A stretch of 64,000 nucleotides of DNA from Cyanophora paradoxa CCMP329 (lineage: Eukaryota; Plantae; Glaucophyta), in the NCBI GenBank assembly GCA_004431415.1, contig QPMI01000452.1, positions 1 to 64,000 on the forward strand, given 5' to 3'. A program made the translations under genes and the position numbers. Under the pieces are notes generated by a model, which was given only the letters and a program-made list of their open reading frames with translations, searched no databases and was not told the DNA's origin. Below, one piece after another: positions 1 to 11,835 of this stretch (positions within the stretch are counted from its first letter, which is position 1; every line of letters begins with the position of its first letter).

Positions 1-1
1 T

Positions 2-334
2 GCTTGCAAAGCTTCTAAAGGAGAGAATGCAATTGCTTCCATCCTCAATAATATTGGCTTAGAGTACGAAAGAGAGTATTCCTTCAAGGACTGCAAGGCT
101 CAAGAGTTCTCCCTTCGATTCTATATGGCCTGCATTGAAAATGCTATTGAATATGATGGAAAACAACACTTTGAACCTGTTGAATACTTTGGAGGGAACA
201 GGATTTTGAGAAACGAAAACTAAAAGATGCTATTAAAACTAGATACTGTGAAGCCAACAAATATTATCCTAAGAATCCCATACACCGAAACCGATATTGA
301 GGGCTGCATTAAACAATTCCTATCTAATCTGTAA
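2..334 (+). pseudogene. VSR/DUF559-like PD-(D/E)xK endonuclease, C-terminal part, frameshifted
   Basis: Manual translation: CKASKGENAIASIL...YEREYSFKDCK...AIEYDGKQHFEPVEYFGG...LRIPY, typical of NCLDV/phage VSR-like homing nucleases; stop at 332-334. Confidence 0.7.
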
Positions 335-391
335 AACCATAATCAGTAACATTTCATATTTTATCTGTCTTATTTAGAAAGATATACAACA

Positions 392-1170
392 ATGAATGAT
401 TTGATGAATTTGTGGCTGGTGAAATGAATAGAACCACCTTTTAGAGTCCTAGCAATTGGTAAAATCAGCAACTGGTAAATCAGAAGCTGTAAAGTATTGG
501 CTAAAGCAGTTGCATGATGCCAAAAAGATTGATGTTGTATTAGTTGTGAGTGGGACCAGCTTCAATCATTTCTGGGATAAAGTGGCAACACTGCAACTGG
601 GAAAATGGGATGCCCTTACATTGCTAAATTGCTAGATGAGAGGCAAGAGAAAATAGAAAAGGGTGAACCTGTTAACCAGTTATGTGTAGTTTTAGATGAT
701 TTAATCGATAATGAGATAGTCGATCTCACAAGGGATAAATAATCGGATCATTGTATTCAGAGGTCCCATCGAAAATATCCATTATCTGCATCACACAAAA
801 GCTAAGAAAAGTCTCTTCAACTATTCGAGTTAATTCGGACTATGCTATGTTTCTCAGTGCTGCAAATCGCAAAGAACTAGAAGCCATAGAGGAAGAATAC
901 AATATAATGCGAAATAAAGAGGATTTCTACAAGATGTTTGAAGAGTATGTTCACTCCTATCAGTATATCATTTGGTCCTCTGCAAACTACTCAGTTAAAT
1001 ACTATGTAGATAAAGCTGAGCTTGTGAAAGATTTCCCATTTCCTCGCTTCCATAGGAAGCCAAAAAAGAAAGAAGATGAACTGAAACCACCAGAGAAAGA
1101 GGAAGCCCCCAAAGAAGTGAAAAGCCAAGTCCATAGCAATAAATTGATGCGATATAAACGCGGTTTATAA
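392..1170 (+). pseudogene. A32/FtsK-like DNA packaging ATPase (frameshifted)
   Basis: ATG at 392. Fragments (..TGKSE, VVLDDL, ITQKLRKVSSTIRVNSDY, DFPFPRFHR) match the intact ATPase at 25212-26069. Confidence 0.88.
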
Positions 1171-1198
1171 AATTATCTCTCATTCTAATAAAGATAAA

Positions 1199-1933
1199 AT
1201 GCCTCCCAAACGAAAGATAGGGATCCCAGCTGGGGCTGTTGGCTATTCAGGTGGTGGAAACAATGGATCCATTAACACAGACCCACTGAAATTCAATGGT
1301 ATGAATGAAGTGAAGCCCTCTCAACAACAAGAAGACCCCCTCAATGCTGCCTATGAGGAATCATTTGATGACAAAGCCCCACAGGCTTCAACCAGTGACC
1401 AACTCAACATTTCACCTGAAGCCTCAAAGATGAAGGCTGTTGCTGAGGGAGCCAGGCGAATTATTGGTGCTGCTGATGATAAAGGTTTAGGCTTGCAAGA
1501 TCTTTCACTGGCTCGCAAAGGTGAAGGTCTTAGTAAGGAATCAGACAAGGTAATTCAGTCTATGGCTGGTGAAGTCACATATAAGACTGCTCCCACTCAG
1601 AATGTTCATCGAATTCCCAAGGCTCAATGGGATGAGATGACTGCTAAACTCAAGGATCTGGAAGCCAAATCAAGTGCCTTGGAGCAGTATGTTACTGAGA
1701 AGAAAGAGAGATCCAAGCTAAAGGAGATGCTTCGAAAGGAAGTTTATAAAATGGGCATTACTGGTGTCCCAGATAAACAGTTTATTGCTAAGAAAGAGAC
1801 CCAAATCGATGAGCAAGCAGTAGATGAAATGAAAACAAAGACCCAAAAGGGAACCATTGAACCTGGTGCCACTAAAGCTGAAGTAGAAAAGGGAGTAGCT
1901 CCCACAGTATATAAAAGACGAGTTTGGCTTTAA
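1199..1933 (+). CDS. Viral hypothetical protein (coiled-coil C-terminus), homolog of 26072-26755
   Basis: 244 aa. Shares SDKVI/SEKVI and KLKDLE..ERSKLK..RKEV.KMG / KVRDLE..ERKKLK..KKEISKLG with the syntenic element 2 ORF. Confidence 0.75.
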   Translation: MPPKRKIGIPAGAVGYSGGGNNGSINTDPLKFNGMNEVKPSQQQEDPLNAAYEESFDDKAPQASTSDQLNISPEASKMKAVAEGARRIIGAADDKGLGLQDLSLARKGEGLSKESDKVIQSMAGEVTYKTAPTQNVHRIPKAQWDEMTAKLKDLEAKSSALEQYVTEKKERSKLKEMLRKEVYKMGITGVPDKQFIAKKETQIDEQAVDEMKTKTQKGTIEPGATKAEVEKGVAPTVYKRRVWL

Positions 1934-1955
1934 TTTTCTCTGTTTTATTAGAGAC

Positions 1956-2228
1956 ATGGATATAATACGAAAGTTTATTGAGATGCTCAGTCTGCATGTG
2001 GTAAGCAATTGCCACAGTGGATGCTGTGACACAACAATAGAGTTTGAGATGTCAGATACTGAGGATAATGTATCTGAGGCAAGAGAGAGAAGGAGATCAA
2101 CAGTTTCTGTGGAGTCAATGCCAACAGACCCCACTGAGTATGCATATGAGCAGCAGGAGTATCCAAGGAGAAGTTCTCTGCCAGCAGAAAACGTTTTCTC
2201 TGGGAATATAAATGGAGGACACTATTAG
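1956..2228 (+). CDS. Small viral protein with CHxxCCDTT motif, homolog of 26960-27373
   Basis: IEMLSLHVVSNCHSGCCDTTIE versus IEMFHLHFTSTCHNSCCDTTVE. Confidence 0.75.
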   Translation: MDIIRKFIEMLSLHVVSNCHSGCCDTTIEFEMSDTEDNVSEARERRRSTVSVESMPTDPTEYAYEQQEYPRRSSLPAENVFSGNINGGHY

Positions 2229-2457
2229 TTTAATCGAGTTTACCAGTGATGAACCTGTTACTGAGGGTTCTATTAGACACATACTAGCAATGCAGAAACG
2301 ATATAGAGAGGACCCAGAATATAGAGAGTATAAAAAGCAGCAAGCCCTGGCATCCTATTATCGCAGAAAAGCCCAAAAAGAGGAGCAGAGACCCAGAGGG
2401 AGACCGATTAAATATTATTTGCCTACTGATAGTAGCAATGGACCCCCAGGTCTATAA
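2212..2457 (+). CDS. Small basic protein with AT-hook-like RGRP motif
   Basis: QKRYREDPEYREYKK...RPRGRPIKY; resembles the neighbouring ORF 2610-2936. Confidence 0.6.
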   Translation: MEDTISLIEFTSDEPVTEGSIRHILAMQKRYREDPEYREYKKQQALASYYRRKAQKEEQRPRGRPIKYYLPTDSSNGPPGL

Positions 2458-2609
2458 GATAATTGAGAAAAAGCGGTCTCAGTATGCCACTGAGGCAGCT
2501 ATAAAAGTTTACACACAGGAACTGGTGTTCGCAACAAAAAATGACTTAAAGAAAAAGTAGATAGGTTGTATTGAGGAAAAATTATTTTCGTATCTACTAT
2601 TAAAGAGAA

Positions 2610-2936
2610 ATGCCGAATATCCGCAAGATACTCACAGATGAGGAAAAAGCAGAGAAGTTGAGACTGAAAAGGGAGCAAGATGCCCAAAGAAAACGCGAAA
2701 CCTATCATAAAAAGAAGGAGGAACGATTATCCCAAGGAGCCGCTACAGTTCACACACCAGAAGAACTCAAAAAGATTGCCCTCAGACACCAGAGGAAATA
2801 CAGGGAAAATGAAGAATATCGCGAACAGAAAAAGGCAAAAGCGCTGGAATATTACCACAAGAAGAAAGATGAACAGCCCAAGAAACCCAAAGAGCATAAA
2901 CCGGTTGGAAGACCTCGGAAATATATCGAAGAATAA
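2610..2936 (+). CDS. Basic putative DNA-binding protein (AT-hook GRPRK), homolog of 27498-27911
   Basis: EEKAEKLRLKREQDA / EEKAERLRLKREKDA, ATVHTPEELKKIA / ATVFTPEQLQKIA and GRPRK are shared. Confidence 0.75.
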   Translation: MPNIRKILTDEEKAEKLRLKREQDAQRKRETYHKKKEERLSQGAATVHTPEELKKIALRHQRKYRENEEYREQKKAKALEYYHKKKDEQPKKPKEHKPVGRPRKYIEE

Positions 2937-3154
2937 ATTCTCGATCGAAACAAATTTTGTAGAAATCGATTTGATCGGAGGCAAAAAAATGACAGCTTTC
3001 TTCCCTCTTTTTTAAAACTGTACCTATATATCGAGACAGTATCCCGACCCAAAACTACTTAAGGACTTGGCAAATAATAGGATATATATAAAAGACAATT
3101 CCTCCTTCCGAAATTATTTTCTTTGTTTAAGGTAGAAGTCCCCCAAAATCGAAA

Positions 3155-5745
3155 ATGAACAAAATCGAGAAATTCGCCACCCCTGTTGAAAATGCTACAT
3201 TCCTTAGTAATCTCATTGGTGATCGCAACAAGGTCACCCATGTATTTGATTCTGCCGAAGATGCCCTTGAAGCCATTGATAATAGCAAGGTTAAGACCTG
3301 GGCTGAATGCATTCAGCCTGAACAAGTCACCAGAGTTTACCTGGACCTGGATAAATTCGCTGATTTGAAGGAGAACATTGCTGAAAACTATGCTGAGGCG
3401 GAAACTGTTGTAAGAGAGATGAGAGATAAGCTATGGAAGCGATCTGGGACCACTTCGATTAACGATATTGCTGTTGCAGTTCGCCATAGAAGGGTTTATT
3501 TGATCAAGGAGGATGTCACCAAGTTCAAGATCTCAGCCCACTTTATCATTAAGTCGCTTGCATGCAAACATGAAGATATCCCCAAGCTTTTCAAAGCAAT
3601 GGGATTGGTGAAAAATGAGGATTATGACAGTGGAGTTTACAGCTCCACACAGAACCTTATCTGCCTCAATTGCTGCAAAGGTGAGACTCTGGATGCTCAA
3701 AATAAATCGAAAAAAGATGTTGATAAAAACGTTTGCTTTAAGAAATTCGTTGACTGTGACAAAGTGTTAATGCGAAATGAGGACTTCTTTGTATCTTACT
3801 TCTCAGCTACTACTAAACTTGTGGATGAATCGAATATTTCTGCATTTGCAAATTATACTCCTGAGCCAAAACCAGTTAAAAAGGAGCCAAAAAGTGATAA
3901 AGTGAAGACTGAGAAGGTAGAAGCTGAAAAAGACACTGAACCCGAAAATCCTGTTACTTTCGAACTGCTACAAAGTGTTATAATGGGTCTCAATGCTGAC
4001 AGAGCCAGCGAGTATAAGACTTGGATTGATGTTGGACTGGTCATCATCAATGTTGGGAAGACAACAAATTTACCCCTAAAATGCAGGCTGAACTCTTCCA
4101 CCAATTCTCAGAACAGAGTGACAAGTATGATTATGATGAATGCCAGGAGAAGTTTACACAACTTCGCAGAAGCAAGAAGAAGGCTGAGCCTGGCAAAGTG
4201 TTGACCTTCAAATCCTTGGTTTATTGGTTGAGCAAAGATAACAATGAGCTTTTCAAGGAACTCTTCCCCAAAAAGTATGCATTCCTACCAGAGGACACAG
4301 ATGAAATCGATTACAAGACTGCAAGTATTCCTCCTTTGGCTGAACATTACAATGTGCATAAGAGGTATTTCAATGCTCGAATGCATCATGTTGAAAATGT
4401 TGGTTGTGTGATGCTCTGGGATGAACAACTACTTTGCTGGATGCCCAAAGATATTGGGAAACTCTCAACAAAGCATTTCCCCCACTTGATGCATAAGGTG
4501 ATTGTGAATGAGGGACAGATAATGAGAAAGAGAAATGGGAGCAATCATTTAGGAAATGGATTGTGGATCCAACAGCCACAAGATCAACTTACATGGATTT
4601 CCTCCCACCTCCTGCTACTCTCAGTGCAAAATGCAAGTCTGTATTTAATCTCTATCCAGGAATGAAGGTCGACCATCAGCAATTCGAAAATGCCCCAGAG
4701 GATGTAACTGCTGAGATGATTAAGCCTTTCCTAGATCACTTGTTCTTAATGTCTGGTGAGGATCAAAATACTCACGAATATCTATTGAAATGGTTTGCCA
4801 CATGCTGCAAAAGCCTGGGGAACTCAATGGAGTATCCTTAATCTTCATTGGTGAACAAGGAACTGGTAAGAATGTGTTGGTTGATACTTTCCAAAAGAAG
4901 ATTCTTGGAGATGCCCTGAGTTATGCAACTGGGAAGCCAAAAGAGGATCTGTTTGGTCGATTTGCCATAACAGAGAGGATAAGATCTTGATTGTTGTGAA
5001 TGAAGCCTCAGGCAAGGACACATTCGAAAATAATGATATGCTCAAAGATCTCATTACTTCTGATAAGATTGTTATTGAACACAAAGGGATAGATTCATAC
5101 ACAAAAAGCAACTTTGCCAGGATTATATTTACCAGCAATAATAACATTCCAGTTAAAATTGAAGCTGGAGATAGGCGATTTGTGGTTGTTGAAGTTAGTA
5201 AGAAATTCGCAAAGGATAGGTCATACTTCCTTCCACTTGTAAAATGGCTAAATGATCACTGCAATATTCGAAACATTGCCCACTATTTGAGAACCAAAGT
5301 TGACTGTGAGGATGTGAACTGGATTGCTGATAGACCCCTTACAAATAAATACTATTTAGCCCAGCAGGTATGCGCCCCAATCATTCTTATGTTCACTAAG
5401 TGGCTTGTGGATCGAGGCTTAATTTCCGAGAATAAATGCAAGTCTGGTAGCCTTGTGGAAACCTGGAAGTGGTTCCAGGAGTTTATTACCAGCAACAAAT
5501 ATAAAAACGATTATAATAGTCGCAGATATTATACAGAAATGCGAAGTGTGACATATATCCAAGTGAAAACTACAAATGGCAAACAATACTATCATTTCTT
5601 GTTCCCACAAGTATTTGAGGAATTCAGAAAGATGAAACTTGTAGATGATGAGACTATTGAGGAAGAAGCTAATCCAAGGATGAAACAGGACCTACCTGCT
5701 GCTGATCCTGATGCATCAGATTATGACTCTGATGTTGAAGTTTAG
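3155..5745 (+). pseudogene. AEP primase (PrimPol-like)-PriCT2-SF3/D5-like helicase, split across 5 ORF fragments by frameshifts
   Basis: AEP motifs RVYLDLD, KISAHF, DSGVYS. PriCT-2-like ASEYKTWIDVG..FHQFSEQSDKYD. Walker A GEQGTGKN, Walker B IVVNEA, motif C IIFTSNN, DRRF. Confidence 0.88.
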
Positions 5746-5935
5746 GTTTACTCAAAAGTGGACTCATGGTTGACTCAAATTTATCATAAAAGACCCAAAC
5801 AGTCTTTTATTTATGGTTTATTTATCGATTAGGTTGACTAAGTGGGGGAGTTGACTCATTTTTCACAGATTCTAAAAAAGGACTCTGCCCTAAAAAGAAA
5901 TAAAAAGTGCCTCAACTCCACCCACTAAGTCAACC
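5746..5935. repeat. Iteron-like direct and inverted repeats (GTTGACTCA / GGTTGACTAAGTGGG); candidate replication origin
   Basis: Starts at the helicase stop codon. IR 5832-5846 / 5921-5935 (1 mismatch) flanks an A-rich spacer. Homologous copy at 11836-12023. Confidence 0.6.
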
Positions 5936-5986
5936 AAAAAATGATTTAAGAGATAGAAAAATATATTTATATGTAAGTAGTAAGAA

Positions 5987-6337
5987 ATGGCTGGAACAGA
6001 TCATGATTCTGGATCGATCTATATGATTGAGAGTGAAGAATTGAATAAAGTTTATATAGGGAGAACCTCACAGCCACTACAAAAAAGATGGAGACAACAC
6101 AAATCAGGTCAAATGCCATCTACAGCAGACCTATGCAAGGCTTCTGATGTGAGGTTTTCAGTCCTTTATTCAACTAAGAAGGGTGGGCATGAAGACCTTA
6201 TGAACAGAGAAGCATATTACATGTATCTCTTTGAACCTTGGATAGTCAATCTACAAAAACCGAAATCTCGATTTAGGATTAATAGGTTTTTGCGATTTCA
6301 TTCAGAGGAAGCCAATGGATCCATTAAAACATTTTAA
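5987..6337 (+). CDS. GIY-YIG endonuclease
   Basis: GSIYMIESEELNKVYIGRT..LQKRWRQH...LMNRE. Confidence 0.88.
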   Translation: MAGTDHDSGSIYMIESEELNKVYIGRTSQPLQKRWRQHKSGQMPSTADLCKASDVRFSVLYSTKKGGHEDLMNREAYYMYLFEPWIVNLQKPKSRFRINRFLRFHSEEANGSIKTF

Positions 6338-6396
6338 ATTGCGTTTAGAACATCCTAAAATAAAATATCCCTTAGAATAGGAACAAGTTAGGAATA

Positions 6397-9300
6397 ATGC
6401 CCCGAATTACCAACAAACTCATAAGGAGAAGAAATGGGAACTCATGGGATTGCTGGAACACTTTATGCAGCCCATGAAATAACAGAGGCTGAATATGACC
6501 GGGAAATAGATTTAATTGCAAAGGGTAGACCCACTTTAGCCAGATTGACCAGAAAAGCAAATAACCTATATGATAAAATTGAAACCTTGGATGAACTGGA
6601 TCGCCTAAGGCAAATAGAACCTGAGGCAGAAGATGGAACAGCCATGAATGAATTATATCGCTGGCTCACTTACAGAGCCAGAAGGGAAGTTGTTGTAGAT
6701 GTGATTGAATTCCTGGACAGAATTGCTACATCCCTTCCTAATCGATTAAAGCAGGGTTTAGATCAATTCAGGGCAATCAAGGTTCGCTTGTCTTTTATCT
6801 GCAAGTTCGTAAAAGTCAGCAATCCGCAGGTTTGGATATCGAAATACATTTACAGTGATTATTTTGTATTAACCAGGTCGAGAAATATTCGAACTGAGCT
6901 GAATAAAGCAGCCCAAATGTGTCAGGAGCAGATGAATGTGGTTGATAGCTATCGCTTGGAAAGAATCGAAATACTCAGAGTGGCTATTATGAGTTATGCT
7001 CCAACTGGTGGATGCTTTCTACAAACCCCAGAGTGGATTGCTAGGAAGAGAGCCACAGTGAATATTCGAAATATTGATGATTCCTGCTTCGAAAATGCAA
7101 TTTTGGCATATATTCACAGAAAAGCGATAAACTCCCATAAGAGGAATGAGCTTTCACAATATCGCAAATGGAAATACTCAGCAATCGCTTATAATCCGCT
7201 GGCTCTGAATTTCGATAACATCCCATTCCCTGTTGCCTGTGATGCTGAGATTATTGATAAATTCGAGGCTCAAAATGCAGGCATTAGCATTAATATATTT
7301 GGAATCGATGGAGAGGTTATTTATCCCCTGCATCAATCCAGTAACCCAGGCAGAAAGCATAAGGTTAATCTCATGCTGATATTTGATGATGAAGGGAATG
7401 GACATTATATTACAATCATGTCCCTTTCAAGGCTATTGAAAGTAAACCATGAAACATACAATGATCAGAAGTTACACTACTGTGATACATGCTTATCTCG
7501 ATTCAGGTCTGAGGCTAAACTCACTGCTCATGTGGACTCAAATAGATGCATTGATTGGAGACTCTCAAAGGGAATCACCCCTAAACCTGAGACCACCATA
7601 GAGTTTGGACTGAAAAACCTCAGGAAAACTGTGTGGCTTCCTGCTGTGGTTTACTGCAAGATTGAAAATAGAAGCATCCCCATTGATGCATCTAAATCCA
7701 AGCGGGAAGTCTCAGCAGTGAACCTTAGAGTAGTCACTGGGGAAGATGTTCAAGATTTTCGATTTGAGGGGCAGGATCCAATGGGAGGTCTCTTTGAATG
7801 CTTGGAGTCCAAAGCAAGAGAGCTGATCAATTTTCTGTTTACCAATATTCCCATGAATGAACTCACAGATGAGCAAAAGGCTGTTTACAGGGCTACTAAA
7901 CACTGTTACCTTTGCAGTGAGAGGTTCACCAAGGAGAACTTCAAATGCAGGGATCATGATCACCACACAGGTCATTATATTGCTCCTGCATGCAGAAACT
8001 GCAATCTACATAGGAGAATCTCAAAGCAAACCAAAGTTGCAGTTGTTGTTGACCAAATGGATGACTGTGGGACATTCATTTTCAGAAAAATAGCAGGTTT
8101 GGGAGATAAAAAGCGAATAGAAATCCTTTCAAAAAACTTTGATCAATACCTTTCATTGCAATGGGGTCTTTACAAGTTCATTGATGCAAGTAATTTTATG
8201 GACTTTGGGGCTGCTGATGTAGATGAGTTAATGAACAAATTCCAGGCTTTTAGAAGGCTTTCACACTCAGTATATGGACTTGACCCAGTTCATTATGTAT
8301 CTGCACCTGGGTTATCTTGGGATGCTATGCTTAGGACCACCAAGGCAAAAATAGAGCTTATAAGTGATGTAGAGCAATACGAATTTGTTGAGAGGGGAAT
8401 CAGGGGTGGCTTTGCAACAATGCCTTGTAGGTATGCTGAGGCAGATGGTGAGAACTCCCATATAATGCTGTTTGATGCTAACAACTTGTATGGCTACTGT
8501 TTGAGTCAGCCAATTCCAGTTGGTGATTTTAGATGGGAGACCAAATTCAACCCACAAGATAACAGATCCAGTTTCCTAGAAGTTGATCTGGATTACCCAA
8601 TTAGGCTGTTTCTAGATCACAGTGATTTCCCCCTAATTATTAACAAGAAAATAGTAGAATATGCGGAATTATCACAATATCAAAAGAGCCTATTAGATCT
8701 TTCGGGAGAAGAGCTTGATAAAACCCCTAAGCTTACTGCAACCTTTGGTTCTGTGACCAACTATGTGATTTCTGAGCCTCTTCTGCAATACCTATTGGAC
8801 AAAGGGGTGAAATTAAAGAACATTCACAGGGTCCTCTCATTTACTGTGGCTCCTGCAATGAAACCCTACATTGAGCTGAACACTGAGATGAGAAGGAAAG
8901 CAGTGAATAAATTCGAGGCTGATTTCTATAAACTCATGAATAACTCAATCTATGGGAAATGCATTGAATCTTGCAGAGGTAGATCTGTGGTTAAGATTGC
9001 AAACAGTGAGAAACTGTTTATGAAATATGCAGCCTCTCCATTGGTGAAATCAACCAGCCCCATAAACGAAAAAGCAGTTGCCTTTGAGTTTTACACAAAA
9101 CATGTGAAGCTAGATAAGCCAGTTGCCATTGGAGCTTATGTTTTGGATGCTGCCAAACTGCATAATTACCAGTTCTTCTATGATACTGTAAGGTCCCAGT
9201 GGACAAAAGCCAAGTTACTATTCCATGATACTGACTCCTTCTGTCTATATATTGAATCTAAGACCTTACAAAAAGATATAGAGAATATATCTTATGCCTT

Positions 9301-9640
9301 GGACCTAGGGGGATCTAACAGAATGACCCCAGGTAAATACAAAAATGAAATGCCAGGTTCTGCTATATTGGAGTATGTGGGTCTCAGAGCCAAAGTTTAC
9401 AGTTTCAGAACTGCTGAGATTGAGAGGAGTAAGCTCTCTGGGACTTCAACTGAGGAACTCCAATTTAATGATTTTAAGCAGTGTTTATTTGCAGGTATCA
9501 GCAAGACTGTGACTGCAAAGCAGAAGAGAAGGGCAGATCACACAATAATAGATACTGTGAGTAGAAGGGTTGCCCTAAACTGCTTTGATGCAAAGAGATA
9601 CATCTTACCAGATGGTATTAATTCTGTTCCTTTTAATTAA
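6397..9640 (+). CDS. polB: Protein-primed family B DNA polymerase (Maverick/Polinton type); true ATG probably 6397 with a 1-nt frameshift near 6427
   Basis: CRDHDHHTG..ACRNCNL zinc motif, YGLDPVHYVSAPGLSWDAML, GIRGG, motif A DANNLYG, motif B YKLMNNSIYGK, motif C DTDS, GLRAKVY. Confidence 0.93.
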
Positions 9641-9643
9641 GAG

Positions 9644-11028
9644 ATGCCAGCAACTGGAAGAATAGTTAGGAGAACCACTGAGCAACTACAAGGTAACCTA
9701 CTGCCTATCACAGTTCCAAAGGAGGAAAAGGGGGAATCTCGAATTGTTAAAAAGTCAGAGATGAAAGAGCTTGTCCCAGTAGAGATCCCAGTTGCTATTG
9801 CAGTGAAAGAAACTAGCAAGATTGCCAAGAGATTCTATGATGTGAGGACTGGTTACAAAGGGCTTCAAGCTATGAGGGCTGAGTTACCAGATGAATCTTA
9901 TAAGCAGTTGCAAGAGTTCTATAAGAAACAGGAAGTAGTTCAAATCAATGCACCTGCTATATCTAGAAAGAGAGATCCCATGGTCCCAATTAGGCAACCC
10001 CTTGATACCTATGTGATTGATTTGCTCTTTTTCCCAGCTTATAAGAAACAAAACAATGGCTATGATACCTTTATGACTGCAATGGAATCCACACTGAGAA
10101 CTGGGTATATTATACCTATAAGAGATAAATCAGCTCTCACTACATTAGCTGCATTTAAGCAGCTTGAAATGAGAGTGGCAAGACCATAGTAAAAGTTCAA
10201 TCAGATGCTGGGAGTGAATTCCAAAATCGAATATTCCAGGAGTATTTATCTAGTAAATACATAGAACACCAAGTGAGTGGAACTGCTGACCACAGAAGCC
10301 AAGGTCGAATTGAAGCCTTTAACAAGCAGATTAAGAGACTGATTACAAACTACTGCATAGCTAATAACACAGCTAGATTCTTTGATGTGTTAGGTGATAT
10401 TGAGTATAATTACAATAATACAGTCCACTCAGCTACTAAGATGAAGCCAGGCGAAACTACAGAGGATCATTATAGGTATATAGTGGGATTAGAAGATGAA
10501 AGATTCAAGAAATCAATAGCTTACCTTGATACCATGCAGCCTGGCATGTTTGTGAGAGTGAAAGTTGAGAAGAACCCCTTTGCTAAACAGGGTAACAATT
10601 GGTCTAGAATGGTTTACACAGTTGATAGTAGAGAAGGCTTTAAGTTTAAGCTAAGGAGTCCCACTGGTGAGATCATAGATAACAGGTTTGCATTCCATGA
10701 GCTGTTGCCTGTGAATGCAGTTGAGTATCTGGAAACACCTACAGTGGATGCCTTGGAGCAAGCTAAAGAGGAAGCTAGGGTTGATGCTGCTATAAGGAGA
10801 GAAGGCATAGAAGCTGCTAATGAAGTCCCAGATAAGCCTTTGATAGAGGCTAGAAAGGAGAAGGCTGGGAAAGTTAACAGGGAACTCAAAAAGCTCACTA
10901 TAGCAGGGACACAGAAACTTTCTGAAGTAAATAGCCAGAGATGGTATAATGACTTTCAGACTACTAAGGAGTCATATACAGCTCCTAAACCTCAAAGAAC
11001 ACTAAGAGAAAGGACCAAAAATAGCTAG
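9644..11028 (+). pseudogene. Retroviral-like (rve) DDE integrase, one frameshift near 10186
   Basis: YVIDL, QSDAGSEF (restored by a 1-nt shift), GRIEAFN, YNNTVHSATKMKP; homologous to 32968-34350. Confidence 0.9.
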
Positions 11029-11085
11029 TTTCATAGCCGAAAACTCGTTTTTTCCAAATATATGTATGTGTCATATACATATATG

Positions 11086-11770
11086 CCCATGATATACACA
11101 TAGTCTTGTAGAGCTTATCAAGCGCTTCACAGCGATATGCAGAACGTTGCGTTTTGATGATCTGGTGATGAGATATAACAGTTTGAAGATGCCGATTATC
11201 GATTTTTCAAAATTTCGGCGAGATTTCTAAAATGATGCATCATAATGATGTAATAATAATGATGCATCATAAACATATAATTATGTCACCGGTGACTTTA
11301 TTTGTCACCGATGACTTAATTTATTTGTGTGATTGTGTCACCAGTGACTTTAATTTGTCACAGGTGACTCTATTTTTTTTGTGATTGTGTCACCAGTGAC
11401 TTAATTCCTTGTGTGATTTTGTCACCGGTGAGTTTAATTTGTCACCGATGACTTTAATTTGTCACCGGTGAGTTTAATTTGTCACCGATGACTTTAAGTT
11501 GTCACCGGTGACTTATGATTATTATTATTAATATATATATATATACATAACAACAATGACGACATCGCCGTCATCGTCATGATCTCCCGAGTCACATGGT
11601 GTGTCATATATATCATATACATACGTCAAATCATGATGACGTCATTGAATGAAACCCCATACAAAACACTAAAACGCATGTATCTCTTCACCAACTCATC
11701 ATCTGACAAAAACAAAAACAGATTCGGAATCCTCTTAACGAGGCCTGCGTGACGATGTAAGTATCATAGG
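11086..11770. other. Non-coding module: two inward-facing ~90-100 bp related sites (11086-11184 +, 11672-11770 -) bracketing a tandem array
   Basis: CC(C/T)ATGATA and, starting exactly 70 nt later, GATGA(TC/GT)TGGTGA(T/A)GAGATA occur in both copies and at 35153-35244. Confidence 0.65.
11285..11512. repeat. Tandem array of ~20-bp units with palindromic core GTCACCGGTGAC
   Basis: Ten copies of TGTCAC(C/A)NNTGA separated by T-rich linkers. Confidence 0.9.
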
Positions 11771-11835
11771 CTCAATAATTCATTAATTTGTAAGCATCTG
11801 CCCTAGATTCCCCCTATTATATTATATTTATATTT

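Noticed and set aside
11285-11512. CRISPR-like array
   Set aside because: Linkers are short, mutually similar and T-rich rather than unique spacers; no cas genes; eukaryotic viral context.
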